A stretch of DNA of 64,000 bases, taken from assembly GCA_041690135.1 (NCBI GenBank), contig JAWLHY010000001.1, positions 1,024,001 to 1,088,000 of the forward strand. Direction: 5' to 3'. The notes beneath the pieces are model-generated. The model had not been told where the DNA came from. It was given only the letters and a program-made list of their open reading frames with translations, and ran no database searches. Source of the stretch: Armatimonadota bacterium (GTDB taxonomy: Bacteria > Armatimonadota > SYMT01). The position numbers and the translations under genes are program-made. This document shows positions 28,136-38,203 of the stretch, piece after piece; the first letter of the stretch is position 1; the number at the start of each line of letters is the position of its first letter.

Positions 28136-30064
28136 TTAACCCGATTTCCTGTACTGGAACGGGTAGCTCTTCACGATCTCGCGAATGAGCGTCGAGCTCT
28201 TGTAGTTGTCCCGGACCACCGCCTCCGTAATGCGGCGGACCGTGGGAATGTCGTAATACTCCAGCCCTCGCCCCAGGGAGTAGGCCAGCATCCGCTCCAC
28301 CAGGTTGCGGACGAACTCCTCCTGGCGCTTCAGCATCTGCTGCTTCAGTTCCACGGGTCCCGAGAACTTCTCCCCGGTCGTCAGCACCCCCGCCGAGTCG
28401 ACCGGCTGGTCACCGATCTTCGTCCGCCAGCGACCGATCGCGTCGAAGTTCTCCAGCCCGAACCCGATGGGGTCCATCCGGCTGTGGCACCCGGCACACT
28501 CCGGCTTCTCCCGGTGCTTCTCCAGCCGCTGCCGGAACGTGAGCCCTTCCTTTGGGGCATCGTCGGCGGGAAGACCGCCGGCATTGGGCGGAGGCGGCGG
28601 CATCTCCGAGCCCAGCACCTCCTCCAGCACCCAGGTTCCACGCAGCACGGGGCTGGTGCGTTGCGGATAGCTGGTAACCGTCAAAACGCTCGCCATCGTG
28701 ATAATGCCGCCCCGCCGCCTGTCCGGCAGCGAGACCCGCCGCATCTCCGGTCCCGTTACCCCTGGCACCCCGTAATGACGGGCGAGTTCCTCGTTCAGGA
28801 AGGTGTAGTCCGCGTCGAGCAGGGTCAGCAGACTGCTCTCCTCCTTCAGCACGGAAGCGAAGAACTGGACCGTCTCCTGATACATTGCGTCCCGGAGGGT
28901 AGGGGTGTAGGTGGGGTAGCGGCGGGGATCCGGTTGGGTGCCCGCAAAGAGGCTCCGCACCCGCAGCCACTGGCCCGCGAAGCTGTCCGCAAAGGCATCG
29001 AACTTGGGGTCCTGCATCATCCGGAGGACCTGCTGATCGAGCACCTTGGGATCGCTCAGTTTCTTCTGTGCAGCCAGGCGATAGAGTTCTGGGTCCGGGG
29101 TGGAAGCCCACAGGAAGTAGGAGATACGGGTCGCCAGCTCAAAATCGTTGATGCGGTAAGGCGTGGTCGACGCCTGGTCCGTTTCGACCCGGAACAGGAA
29201 GTTGGGCGAAACGAGTACGGCCTTGAGCGCGAATTTGACGGCACCCTCGAACGGCTCGCCGCGTTTGACCGCCGCATCGTAAAGAGCGAGGAGCCGTTCG
29301 ACCTCGGTGGCCTCCGCTGGACGCCGGAACGCCCGGGTGGCGTGATGGGCCAGCAGGCGCTTCGCGGCATCTCGCGGCTTGAGGGTCTTGCTCGGCCGAA
29401 CCACGAAGAGCTTCGCGGCGGGCGCTTCCGCCAGCACCTGGCCGGCGGCTTCCAGGTAGCGCTCCATCAGGATGGGCGGAATGAACAGGGTGTCCGCGTT
29501 GTTGTCGAAGCCTCCGCCCCCGCCGCCGTCCGCCGGGAATTTATCGGCGGGCTTCGAGTCGACGCCGAACAGGTCGCGGACCGAGTTGTTGTACTCCAGC
29601 CGGTTCAGGCGGTGAATCAGCACCTTGCCGGGGTTCGGCGGCAGCAGTTTCTCGTCCACATTGTCCAGCGTGTGCGAGAGCCACGCCGAGATGCGGTCGC
29701 GCTGGTCCTGGTTCGGCTGCGGTACCCCGCGGGGCGGCATACTCCGCTCCCGGATCGCCGTGAGGACCTTCCGCCAGCCGACCTGCTCCTTCTGGATCGC
29801 CACGACGTCTGCGTACTTCACCAGGTTGATGCCGCCCCGCGGGTTCTTCTCACCGTGGCAGCCGTAGCAGTACTGCTTGAGGAAGGGCTGGATCGTTTCG
29901 GTGTAGGCCTTCTGGGGCGGCACCTCCGTCTGGCCGACGGCGACCCGGGCAAGCCCGAGGCCCAGAAGCGCCAGGGACGGCACGATCCATGCGTGCGCGC
30001 AGGTAAGGGAGAGCGCGGAGCGCTGGGGGGTGGAAGAGGTGGGTTTACTGCTGGACCGTTTCAA
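28136..30064 (-). CDS. DUF1592/1588/1587/1585/1595 planctomycete-type cytochrome c protein
   Basis: CYGCH, RLNRLEYNNSVRDL, SPNFLFR, TSPVLRG, CAGCH, GLENFDAIGRWR; start uncertain. Confidence 0.9.
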   Translation of the reverse strand: MKRSSSKPTSSTPQRSALSLTCAHAWIVPSLALLGLGLARVAVGQTEVPPQKAYTETIQPFLKQYCYGCHGEKNPRGGINLVKYADVVAIQKEQVGWRKVLTAIRERSMPPRGVPQPNQDQRDRISAWLSHTLDNVDEKLLPPNPGKVLIHRLNRLEYNNSVRDLFGVDSKPADKFPADGGGGGGFDNNADTLFIPPILMERYLEAAGQVLAEAPAAKLFVVRPSKTLKPRDAAKRLLAHHATRAFRRPAEATEVERLLALYDAAVKRGEPFEGAVKFALKAVLVSPNFLFRVETDQASTTPYRINDFELATRISYFLWASTPDPELYRLAAQKKLSDPKVLDQQVLRMMQDPKFDAFADSFAGQWLRVRSLFAGTQPDPRRYPTYTPTLRDAMYQETVQFFASVLKEESSLLTLLDADYTFLNEELARHYGVPGVTGPEMRRVSLPDRRRGGIITMASVLTVTSYPQRTSPVLRGTWVLEEVLGSEMPPPPPNAGGLPADDAPKEGLTFRQRLEKHREKPECAGCHSRMDPIGFGLENFDAIGRWRTKIGDQPVDSAGVLTTGEKFSGPVELKQQMLKRQEEFVRNLVERMLAYSLGRGLEYYDIPTVRRITEAVVRDNYKSSTLIREIVKSYPFQYRKSG

Positions 30065-30349
30065 CGCGTTCGTAGTTCCCGGATACGGCTCGTGGGTGGC
30101 TCGGCGCCCGCAGGGCTGCCTTCCCTCCTATATCTTACGGCACCGAAGACGCCTCCGAGGTTGGACTATTGTGGGTTCTTCGGCCGATGTCCAGACAGCA
30201 TGTTCCACAGTCCGATCACGCATCCGTGACCAACCGTTCCATCCGTGTCAAATGAGTCGAGCATGGACCACTGCGAGGGAACTGGAGCATTCACGCCGAA
30301 CCATCCTGGCGTGAAAAGCTCCTACCAGAACCCTCGAAGATTCGCAGCT

Positions 30350-32059
30350 ATGTGGCGGATCGCCTTCCTCGCTCTGCCGGCGCTGGCTGCCGCTACCCAG
30401 GGTGGCGCCCAACCGACTCCGGACCTGGTCACCCCTCTTCCGGCCGCGATCGACGCGCTCTTCAAGACGTGGGACCGGCGTGACACTCCGGGATGTGCCC
30501 TGGCGGTGGTGCGGGATGGGCGGGTCGCCTACGCCCGTGGCTACGGGATGGCGGACCTGGAGCACGACGTGCCGATCACGCCGGCTTCGGTGTTCCAGAT
30601 CGCTTCGGTCTCCAAACAGTTCACGGCCATGTCGGCCGTACTCCTGGCGGGGCAAGGGAAGCTCTCACTGGAAGATGACGTCCGGAAGCACGTGCCGGAA
30701 ATGCACGACTTCGGTAAGCCGATCCGGGTGCGGCATCTCATCCACCACACCAGCGGGCTGCGGGACCAGTTCGACCTGCTGGAGATGGCGGGCTGGGGGT
30801 TCAGCGATGCCACCACGCAGGACGACCTGCTGAAGCTGGCTTACCGGCAGCGCGACCTGAACTTCGAGCCGGGCGCCGAGTTCCTCTACTGCAACACGGG
30901 CTATACCCTGCTGGCCGAGGTGGTCCGGCGCGCGAGCGGCAATTCCCTGCGGCAGTACGCCCGGGAGTCGATCTTCCTACCGCTGGGGATGCTCAGCACG
31001 CACGTCCACGACGACAGCCGGATGCTGGTAAAGGACCGCGCCCATTCCTACGTCCCCCGGCGGGGCGGCTACGCGCAGGCGATCCTCTCCGCCTCCGAAG
31101 TGGGGGCCACCAACCTGTTCACCACCATCGAGGACCTGGCCCGGTGGGACGCCAACTTTCTGAGTGGAAAGGTAGGCGGCCCGGCGGCGCTGGCGGAGAT
31201 GCTGCGCAAGGGGCGCCTCAACAACGGCAAAGAAGTCAACTACGCCGGCGGCCTCTCCCACGGCACTCACCGCGGCCTCCCCACCTTGTCGCACAACGGA
31301 GTGCACGCAGGCTACCGCACCACCTTCGTCCGCTTTCCGGAACAGCGTCTCTCCGTCATCGTGCTGGCCAACCTGAGCAGCATCACCCCGGCGCCCCTGG
31401 CTCGGAGAGTGGCCGACCTCTACCTCGCTCCGCTCCTCAAGAAGGAGCCCGCACACAAAGCGGCGCCGAAGCCCGCGGAGCCGGCGCGCAAGCTGGAACC
31501 GGCGCTCCTGGAAGCCTACGCGGGCCAGTACCGCTTCCGTCCCGGCCTCGCGCGGACCTTTGTGAAAGAGGGCGACCGGCTCCTGATGCTGAACGGCGGA
31601 AGCCGCCTGCCGATGGTCGCGGTCTCCGATCGGGAGCTGTACGCCGAGGGGTTCACGGCGCGCTACCGGTTCTCGTCTCCCGAGGCGGGCAAGTCGCGCG
31701 AGGTGGTCCGCCAGGATGAGGGCGAGGAGACCACGGGGCGGCGGCTGGAGCCTTACTCCCCCACTCAGTCCGACCTGGAGGCATGCGCCGGCCGCTACTA
31801 CAGCCCGGAGCTCGAAGTGATCTACACGCTGGACACGCGCGATGGGAAATTGACGGCAACCCACCGGCGTGGCGAGGTGACCCTGCGGCCGGTGACCCGC
31901 GACGAGTGGGACAGCAGCCTGGCCACCTTTACCTTCGCGCGCGGACGCGGCGGGAAGGTGGAAGGATTCCTGCTGAACACCTCCCGCTCGCGGAACATCC
32001 GTTTCCAACGAGCGGAATTGAGGCTGGGGCCAGTGGCTAAGGACCCGTCACAAAAGTAG
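30350..32059 (+). CDS. Serine hydrolase, beta-lactamase/AmpC family, secreted
   Basis: FQIASVSKQF (SxxK), HHTSG, YCN, HNG; signal peptide at MWRIAF. Confidence 0.9.
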   Translation: MWRIAFLALPALAAATQGGAQPTPDLVTPLPAAIDALFKTWDRRDTPGCALAVVRDGRVAYARGYGMADLEHDVPITPASVFQIASVSKQFTAMSAVLLAGQGKLSLEDDVRKHVPEMHDFGKPIRVRHLIHHTSGLRDQFDLLEMAGWGFSDATTQDDLLKLAYRQRDLNFEPGAEFLYCNTGYTLLAEVVRRASGNSLRQYARESIFLPLGMLSTHVHDDSRMLVKDRAHSYVPRRGGYAQAILSASEVGATNLFTTIEDLARWDANFLSGKVGGPAALAEMLRKGRLNNGKEVNYAGGLSHGTHRGLPTLSHNGVHAGYRTTFVRFPEQRLSVIVLANLSSITPAPLARRVADLYLAPLLKKEPAHKAAPKPAEPARKLEPALLEAYAGQYRFRPGLARTFVKEGDRLLMLNGGSRLPMVAVSDRELYAEGFTARYRFSSPEAGKSREVVRQDEGEETTGRRLEPYSPTQSDLEACAGRYYSPELEVIYTLDTRDGKLTATHRRGEVTLRPVTRDEWDSSLATFTFARGRGGKVEGFLLNTSRSRNIRFQRAELRLGPVAKDPSQK

Positions 32060-32142
32060 CCGCTGCATGGGTCCCAGCCGGAGGCGGGCGCCGGGCCGGG
32101 CACCCTTTGGGTGGGACGAAGTGGGTGTGGGCAGTCGCCTTG

Positions 32143-32166
32143 TGTAGCCGCGAGTTTACTCGCCCA
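32143..32166 (+). repeat. GTAG-type REP-like element, copy 1
   Basis: tgtagccgcgagtttactcgccca identical at 41876; internal hairpin gcgag-ttta-ctcgc. Confidence 0.7.
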
Positions 32167-32255
32167 ACTGTAGCGGCTGGTATTGGCTGGTATTGGCCAG
32201 AGGATAAGGCCAGGAGGTCCCGGTTGGGGCGCGGATTGCGTCGGATGTGAAACCC

Positions 32256-32586
32256 ATGAGGCATTTAGGTCCTTTGGCGCTGCTGGTACTCGCGTGCATT
32301 CCGGCGCCGGCGCGGGCCGACCGGATCGATGACTACGTGCGCGCGCAGATGGAGAAGCGCCACATTCCCGGTCTGTTCCTGGCGGTGGTGGAGCACGGAA
32401 AGCTGGTCCGAGCGCGGGGGTACGGGTTTGCCGACCTGGAGTTGCAGGTACGGGCGAAGGCCGAGGCGGTCTACCAGATCCAGTCGATCACGAAATCGTT
32501 CACGGCCGCGGGAGTGATGCTGCTCGTTGAGGAAGGCAAGATTCGCCTGGAGGACCCGCCCCACCGTTATCTGCCCGGGCTTCCTA
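32256..32586 (+). pseudogene. Truncated serine hydrolase (N-terminal fragment)
   Basis: Signal peptide, GYGFADLE, YQIQSITKSF, LEDPPHRYLP, then similarity is lost; no YxN or HxG motifs. Confidence 0.75.
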
Positions 32587-32742
32587 CACGTTCGCCCTCA
32601 CCTCGGACGGAAAGGTGGCCGACGTCACCTCCTATCGGGATTGAGGCGAAGCCCCTCGGAGAGGTGGTTCGCGCAGGAAGTCGTTCGCCCAACGGCCAAC
32701 GGTATCCGGATTTGCCGCCTCGTCGGGAATTGAGACCAGATC

Positions 32743-33582
32743 ATGCTTTACATGCACAGCTACACCTACCGGGGCCAGCCGGTGGCCCGGGCCGCGCGGA
32801 AGTGCCGCGAGTACGGTTACGATGGGTTGGAGTTGGTGACCAGCCACTACGATCGGAACGACCCGGAAGCTTCCATCGGGGAGGCCGCCCGGCTGGCGGC
32901 CACAGCCGGGACGCGGATCGCGGTGGTGGACTTCAGCGGCAACCTGATCGCGGAAGACGCGGAAGAACGCCGCCAGGGTGAAGAAGCGATCGCGCGGGTG
33001 ATTCGGCTGGCATCGGGGATCGGGGCGGTTGGGGTGAACGGGAGCGTGGGGTCGCTTTTCGGCCCCACTCCCGCTAACTGGAGCGAGAACGGCTCGCGCG
33101 TCGCCACCGGGGCGCATTACGAGCGGGCAGCAGAGTCTTTGCGCCGATTGGCGGTCGTGGCGCGCGACGCGGGCTTGTGGATCTCCCTGGAGATCCACAT
33201 GAATACCCCCCACGATACGGCGGCTTCTACCGTACGGTTGCTGGATCTGGTGGAAGATTCCACCGTGGTGGCCAACCTCGATCCGGGCAATATGTATGCC
33301 GTGGAAGATGCGGAAGAGGCCGCGGATGCGGTCCGGATTCTCGGGCCGCACCTGGGCTACGTCCATCTGAAGAACTGCCGGCGGATCGGAGCGGCATTCG
33401 ACTATTCCTGGGCGCTGGACAGTGGCGACATCGATTACTTCCGCGCGCTCCAGGCGGTGCTGGCCACCGGATACTCCGGCGACTACTGCATCGAGTACTG
33501 CGGGGCCGGCGATCCGAGCGTGCCGGCGCGGCGGGACGCGCAGTATTTCCGGGAGACCCTGTGGGAAGCGGGTCAGCCGTAA
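32743..33582 (+). CDS. Sugar phosphate isomerase/epimerase (xylose-isomerase-like TIM barrel)
   Basis: GYDGLE, LEIH, LDPGN, VHLKN, GDID, CIEY. Confidence 0.88.
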   Translation: MLYMHSYTYRGQPVARAARKCREYGYDGLELVTSHYDRNDPEASIGEAARLAATAGTRIAVVDFSGNLIAEDAEERRQGEEAIARVIRLASGIGAVGVNGSVGSLFGPTPANWSENGSRVATGAHYERAAESLRRLAVVARDAGLWISLEIHMNTPHDTAASTVRLLDLVEDSTVVANLDPGNMYAVEDAEEAADAVRILGPHLGYVHLKNCRRIGAAFDYSWALDSGDIDYFRALQAVLATGYSGDYCIEYCGAGDPSVPARRDAQYFRETLWEAGQP

Positions 33583-33641
33583 ACACTCGTACCGCATCCG
33601 GGTCGAGAAGCGGTGAATTGAGAAGCAAAGGGTAAGAAACC

Positions 33642-34649
33642 GTGAGGAAGTTGGGAGTTGGATTGATCGGCTGCGGCGGCATGGGGCGCAGCCTGGGCCG
33701 GCAACTGATACAGCTCGAGGGCGCGCGCCTGGTGGGGGTGACCGACATCAGCGAAGCCGCGGTAGCGCAGGCGTCGGAAGAGCTGAAGGCGCCCGGTTAC
33801 CCCTCGGTGGAAACCCTACTTTCTCTGCCCGAGTTGGATGCCGTGCTCGTGGCCGCTCCCCCGTTCGAGCACCGGCGTCTGGCCGAACTGGCGGCGGCGC
33901 GCGGCAAGCACCTATTCGTGGAGAAGCCGATGGCGGCTAACACCGCGGACTGCGACGCGATGGCCGCCGCGGCGGAAGCGGCCGGGGTGTTGCTTTCGGT
34001 GGGACAGGTCCTGCGGTATTACCCCTGCTGGTGGAAGATCATCGAGCTGGTCCGCGAGGGGGTGATCGGAAAGCCGCTGGCTGTGACGGTGACCCGCATC
34101 AGCGGCGGCTGGAGCGGCTGGTCCGTACCGTGGCGCAACTCACTGGAAGAGTCCGGCGGTCTGCTGATGGAAGTGAACGCGCACGAACTCGACTTCATGG
34201 GGCAGGTGTGCGGTGACGTGGAGCGGGTGTACGCCGAGGCGGACCACTACCTGGACGAGGACCCCAGCGACTACCCCAATCTCTACTTCGTTTCGCTCCG
34301 CTTCAAGTCCGGAGCGGTCGGGATGCTCCATTCCAGCACCCTTTCCACCATCAACGATCTCACCGGCAAGGTGCAGGGCAGTGAAGGGACGATCGTTTAC
34401 ACGGACGGCTTCGGCCCGGACGGGGTGATCCAGTATCGCCGGCGCGACGGTGAGCTCCAGACGATTCGGGTCGCTGAAATCGAAAAGGAGCAGCCGGTCC
34501 GCCACGAATTGCGCCTCTTCGTGGAAGCGGTGCTTGGCGGATCTCCCGCCCCCATTCCGGCCACCGAGGGCCGGCGGAATGTGGCAGTGGCCCTGGCCGC
34601 CTACGAATCGGCTCGCACGGGTCAGCCTGCTGATCCGTCCCGCTTCTGA
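33642..34649 (+). CDS. Gfo/Idh/MocA family oxidoreductase
   Basis: GCGGMG, VEKPMA, GGLLMEVNAHELD. Confidence 0.93.
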   Translation: MRKLGVGLIGCGGMGRSLGRQLIQLEGARLVGVTDISEAAVAQASEELKAPGYPSVETLLSLPELDAVLVAAPPFEHRRLAELAAARGKHLFVEKPMAANTADCDAMAAAAEAAGVLLSVGQVLRYYPCWWKIIELVREGVIGKPLAVTVTRISGGWSGWSVPWRNSLEESGGLLMEVNAHELDFMGQVCGDVERVYAEADHYLDEDPSDYPNLYFVSLRFKSGAVGMLHSSTLSTINDLTGKVQGSEGTIVYTDGFGPDGVIQYRRRDGELQTIRVAEIEKEQPVRHELRLFVEAVLGGSPAPIPATEGRRNVAVALAAYESARTGQPADPSRF

Positions 34650-34657
34650 ACTACGGC

Positions 34658-35797
34658 ATGCGCGTACTGATCGCTCCGGATAGCTTCAAAGGCAGCCTCA
34701 AGTCGCCGGACGTGGCGGCGGCCATGGCCTTGGGGGTGCGGGACGCCTGCCCCCACGCGATAGTTACGGAACTGCCCGTGGGTGACGGCGGGGAGGGTAC
34801 GCTGGAGGCTCTCGTGGCCGCCACCGGGGGAGAGTACCTACCGATCGAGGTGGAAGGCCCCCTCGGCGAACCGCTTACGGCGCGTCTCGGTCTCCTCGGC
34901 GACGGGGAGACCGTTTTCGTGGAGATGGCCGAGGCCAGCGGTCTCTCACGTCTCACCTCCGAGCAACGGGACCCTCTCCGCGCCTCCACGTACGGCACCG
35001 GCCAGCTCATCCGAGCGGCCTTGGCCACCGGTCGCCGGCGCATGCTGATCGGAATCGGGGGCAGCGCCACCAACGATGGCGGCGCGGGGATGCTGGTGGC
35101 CCTGGGTGCGCGCCTACTGGATGTGGGGGGAGTGCCGCTTCCACCGGGCGGTGCGTCCCTGGAGAATCTGGCCTCGGTCGATCTCACGCAGTTGGCCGTT
35201 CCCTCCGACATGGAGATTATTGTTGCCTGTGACGTGACCAACCCTCTGACCGGTCCCCAGGGCGCTTCCGCGGTTTACGGTCCGCAGAAGGGAGCGACCC
35301 CAGCCGATATCGAGCGGCTGGACCGCTGCCTGGCGCGCCTGGCGGAGGTGACGGCAGAGAGGCTGGGCCGGGATTGGTCGAATGCTCCGGGCGCGGGAGC
35401 GGCGGGTGGCCTCGGATTCGCGCTGCTCGCGTTCCTGGGCGGGCGCCTGGAGCGCGGCGTGGAACTGGTGCTGGAAGCGATCCGTTTCGACGACCATCTG
35501 CGCGGCGCGGACCTGGTGTTGACGGGCGAGGGCCGAATCGATGTTCAGACGACTTCTTTCGGGAAGACGCTGACGGGGATTGGGGCGCGGGCGAGCGCGG
35601 CGGGAGTGCCGGTGTTGGCGCTGGGCGGCGGGTTGGGCGCCGACCTGGGCGACTACCGGGCCGCGGGGATTTCCGGGGTCTCGAGCATCGTACCGCGGCC
35701 AATGGGCCTGGATGAAGCGATGGCATCCGCCTCATCGCTCGTTCGGGACGCAGTGCGGCGCTTAATCGAGGTGTTTCAAGCGGGGTCCGGAAGGTAG
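34658..35797 (+). CDS. glxK: Glycerate kinase
   Basis: APDSFKGSL, DGGEG, GGSATNDGG, GPQKGA, GAAGG, TGEG. Confidence 0.92.
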   Translation: MRVLIAPDSFKGSLKSPDVAAAMALGVRDACPHAIVTELPVGDGGEGTLEALVAATGGEYLPIEVEGPLGEPLTARLGLLGDGETVFVEMAEASGLSRLTSEQRDPLRASTYGTGQLIRAALATGRRRMLIGIGGSATNDGGAGMLVALGARLLDVGGVPLPPGGASLENLASVDLTQLAVPSDMEIIVACDVTNPLTGPQGASAVYGPQKGATPADIERLDRCLARLAEVTAERLGRDWSNAPGAGAAGGLGFALLAFLGGRLERGVELVLEAIRFDDHLRGADLVLTGEGRIDVQTTSFGKTLTGIGARASAAGVPVLALGGGLGADLGDYRAAGISGVSSIVPRPMGLDEAMASASSLVRDAVRRLIEVFQAGSGR

Positions 35798-35922
35798 AAC
35801 TGTAGGAAAAGGTCTCCGGAAGAGACGGCGCCCGAAGTGTTCCCCTGGTGGGCGACCGCAAAGACGGGACTGCGATTGACGGGCCGGAAGCCCGGTTAAA
35901 AGAATAGACGAAAGGCCGAGCG

Positions 35923-36324
35923 ATGGACCAAGAGCAGGAGATGAAAGATTACCGCAAGGTGTCGATGGCGTTCTGGGCGCAGTCGCGCGCCGATCTCGCC
36001 ACCTCCACCACCCTGCTGGATGCGGGCATTTACTACGCCAGCGTCTTCTTCAGCCAGCAGGCGGCGGAAAAAGCGCTCAAGGCGGCCATCGCGGACATGC
36101 AGAAGCGGAACGTCAAGGGTCACAACCTGGTCCAGATGGCGAACTCGCTCAATGCGCCGGTCGAGATCATGAACGCCGCGGCCGAGTTGAACCCGGAGTT
36201 CATGGAGAGCCGGAATCCGGAGAACGTGGACGGTGTGCCCGCCCAACTCTACGACAAGACCTCGGCGCGGATTCACCTCCGCTGCGCCCAGGACATCCTG
36301 AACTGGGCCAAGCAGTTGATCTGA
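35923..36324 (+). CDS. HEPN domain-containing protein, stand-alone
   Basis: ADL..LL..G.YY...F.SQQAAEKALKA..HNL..SRNP pattern of the PF05168-like HEPN family. Confidence 0.85.
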   Translation: MDQEQEMKDYRKVSMAFWAQSRADLATSTTLLDAGIYYASVFFSQQAAEKALKAAIADMQKRNVKGHNLVQMANSLNAPVEIMNAAAELNPEFMESRNPENVDGVPAQLYDKTSARIHLRCAQDILNWAKQLI

Positions 36325-36334
36325 AAGCTGCGGT

Positions 36335-38014
36335 TCACCGGGTCAACGCCCGACGAACTGCGCGGGCGATCATGTCCAGTCCCGTAGCATTGGGATGAAT
36401 ACCGTCGGGGAGGAGAGCCTCCCACGCGGGAGTGCTGCGGAATAGTTCGTAAACGTCCACCAGGTCCGTGCGCTCTTCGCGGGCGACTTCTCGAACGGCG
36501 GCGGTGTAGTCCTTCAGCACGAAGTTGATATCCGGCGCCGTGGCATAGCGGCCCCGGCGGGCATGCGGGTACGCGGGGGTCATCGGGTTCGGCGTGCAAA
36601 GCACGACTCTGGCTCCCTGCCGCCGGGCTTCCCGTACCAGTGCCCGCAGATTCTCGCGATACTCGGCTAGCGGAATCCGTGGTTCGCTGCGCTCCGTTGG
36701 CCCCGGATCGATCAGGGCCGCGTCGTTGAGACCGTACATGATCGCGATCGCATCCACGCGGTGCAGAGAGCCGAAGACCCGCGGAAACCGCTGCAGCGCC
36801 TGCCGGGTGTTCTCTCCACCGAGCCCGGCGTTCACGACCCAGGTCCGCGTCTCCTTGCCGGCCAGGAGGCTTTCCAGTACCTGTGGGTAGGTCTCGCTCT
36901 CGCGGACACCGCTGCGTCCTACCCCGTGCGTCACGGAGTCGCCCAGGCTTACCACTACGGGCCGGGAAGACTCATTCTTGAGCAGTGCCGTGACGCTGGT
37001 GGTCAGGTTCGTGGCCGCACGTGACCGAGCTCGGTCTTCACCACCCGCAATCTGGATCTGTCCGTCCCGCACCCCCACCGTCGCCACGGCCGAGGTGCCG
37101 GAAAGGGCGGCGGTTTCCCGGTAGTGGTTCTTGCCCGTCTCGTAGACGAGCACGCGCCGCTCGAAGCCGTAGGCCGGACCGTAACGCTGCATGTCGTCGG
37201 GACCGCCGGAGTAGCCGCCGAACAGGCCGATCCTTCCCTCGCCCAGGTAGGCGGCGGAAACGGCACGGGCGGCGTACGGCATCGGGTTCAACATGGACCA
37301 GCGGTCCACGCCCGGTTCGTAGTAGCACGCCTGGTCGAGGTTTACCGCCTGTCCGGCGGCGTTCGCGTTGCAGCCCCCGAACACCAGTATCGCCCGCCCG
37401 TCCGAAGCGGCCGCCGAGAGGCAGCGGACCGGGCCCGGAAGCGGCGCCACCGACTTCCAGCCCAGGCTTCTCCGGCGCAGGTCGAGACGGAGCACCTCGC
37501 GCGTCGACGTGCGCAGGTCGGCGGGATCATCGCACCCGCCCGCGAGATAGAGCGCGTCCTCCACGAGCGTCAACGCCCCGTAGGCGCGGGGCCGCGGCAG
37601 GTCGGGCAGAGGCGTCCACTTCAAGGTCCCGCCCGCTCGTTCCAGTCGCCAGGAGCGGGCGCTTGGCTTTCCCTCCGCCTCGCCCCCTACGACGTACAGG
37701 CGCTGTCCGTCCGCTACCGTGCCGGCGCCAGCGAGTGGAAGCGGCAGGGGTGGACCCGCTTCCCAGCGGTCCTCTTGCGGGCTGTAAACGTCTGTCCGCT
37801 CCGACCAGCGCTTCTGTTCGTTTGACCAGTAACTGCCGCCCGCTACCACGAACCGGTCCCCGATCCAGCCACCCGCCGCACCGGCCCGTGCCAGCGGCAG
37901 GTCCGCCCCCCGCCGCCACGCCCCCACCGGCGCCGCAGGTTGGCTGATAGCGGCAGAACCGGCCGCAAGACAAATGAAACCCAGGCCCACCAGATACATC
38001 TGCGCGTTCATCAT
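36335..38014 (-). CDS. Secreted Kelch beta-propeller + SGNH/GDSL hydrolase fusion
   Basis: Repeated hydrophobic-GG..Y..W kelch motifs; GDSVTHG, NAGLGG, GLND, DGIH; start 38014 uncertain. Confidence 0.85.
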   Translation of the reverse strand: MMNAQMYLVGLGFICLAAGSAAISQPAAPVGAWRRGADLPLARAGAAGGWIGDRFVVAGGSYWSNEQKRWSERTDVYSPQEDRWEAGPPLPLPLAGAGTVADGQRLYVVGGEAEGKPSARSWRLERAGGTLKWTPLPDLPRPRAYGALTLVEDALYLAGGCDDPADLRTSTREVLRLDLRRRSLGWKSVAPLPGPVRCLSAAASDGRAILVFGGCNANAAGQAVNLDQACYYEPGVDRWSMLNPMPYAARAVSAAYLGEGRIGLFGGYSGGPDDMQRYGPAYGFERRVLVYETGKNHYRETAALSGTSAVATVGVRDGQIQIAGGEDRARSRAATNLTTSVTALLKNESSRPVVVSLGDSVTHGVGRSGVRESETYPQVLESLLAGKETRTWVVNAGLGGENTRQALQRFPRVFGSLHRVDAIAIMYGLNDAALIDPGPTERSEPRIPLAEYRENLRALVREARRQGARVVLCTPNPMTPAYPHARRGRYATAPDINFVLKDYTAAVREVAREERTDLVDVYELFRSTPAWEALLPDGIHPNATGLDMIARAVRRALTR

Positions 38015-38203
38015 CCCCAAATACCCTGGTTTACGGTCCGTTGTTGGCTCTTCGAATCTCGATTTGAGGATTTCGGAAGCACCCACTCCCGCAGTCTTTA
38101 CGGGTCGATCCGTGGAGCTACTTTCCAACCGGTTCCCTTTCCGCGCCCATCCGCGTGTTCCGCGGGCAACCCGCTCCTCTCCAGCTCTCACGGTGTGGTG
38201 CCT

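Noticed and set aside
26659-30064. DUF1592-DUF1552 pair (and DUF1501, Att-like ABC cluster) as novel systems
   Set aside because: Well-known recurrent modules, although functionally uncharacterised
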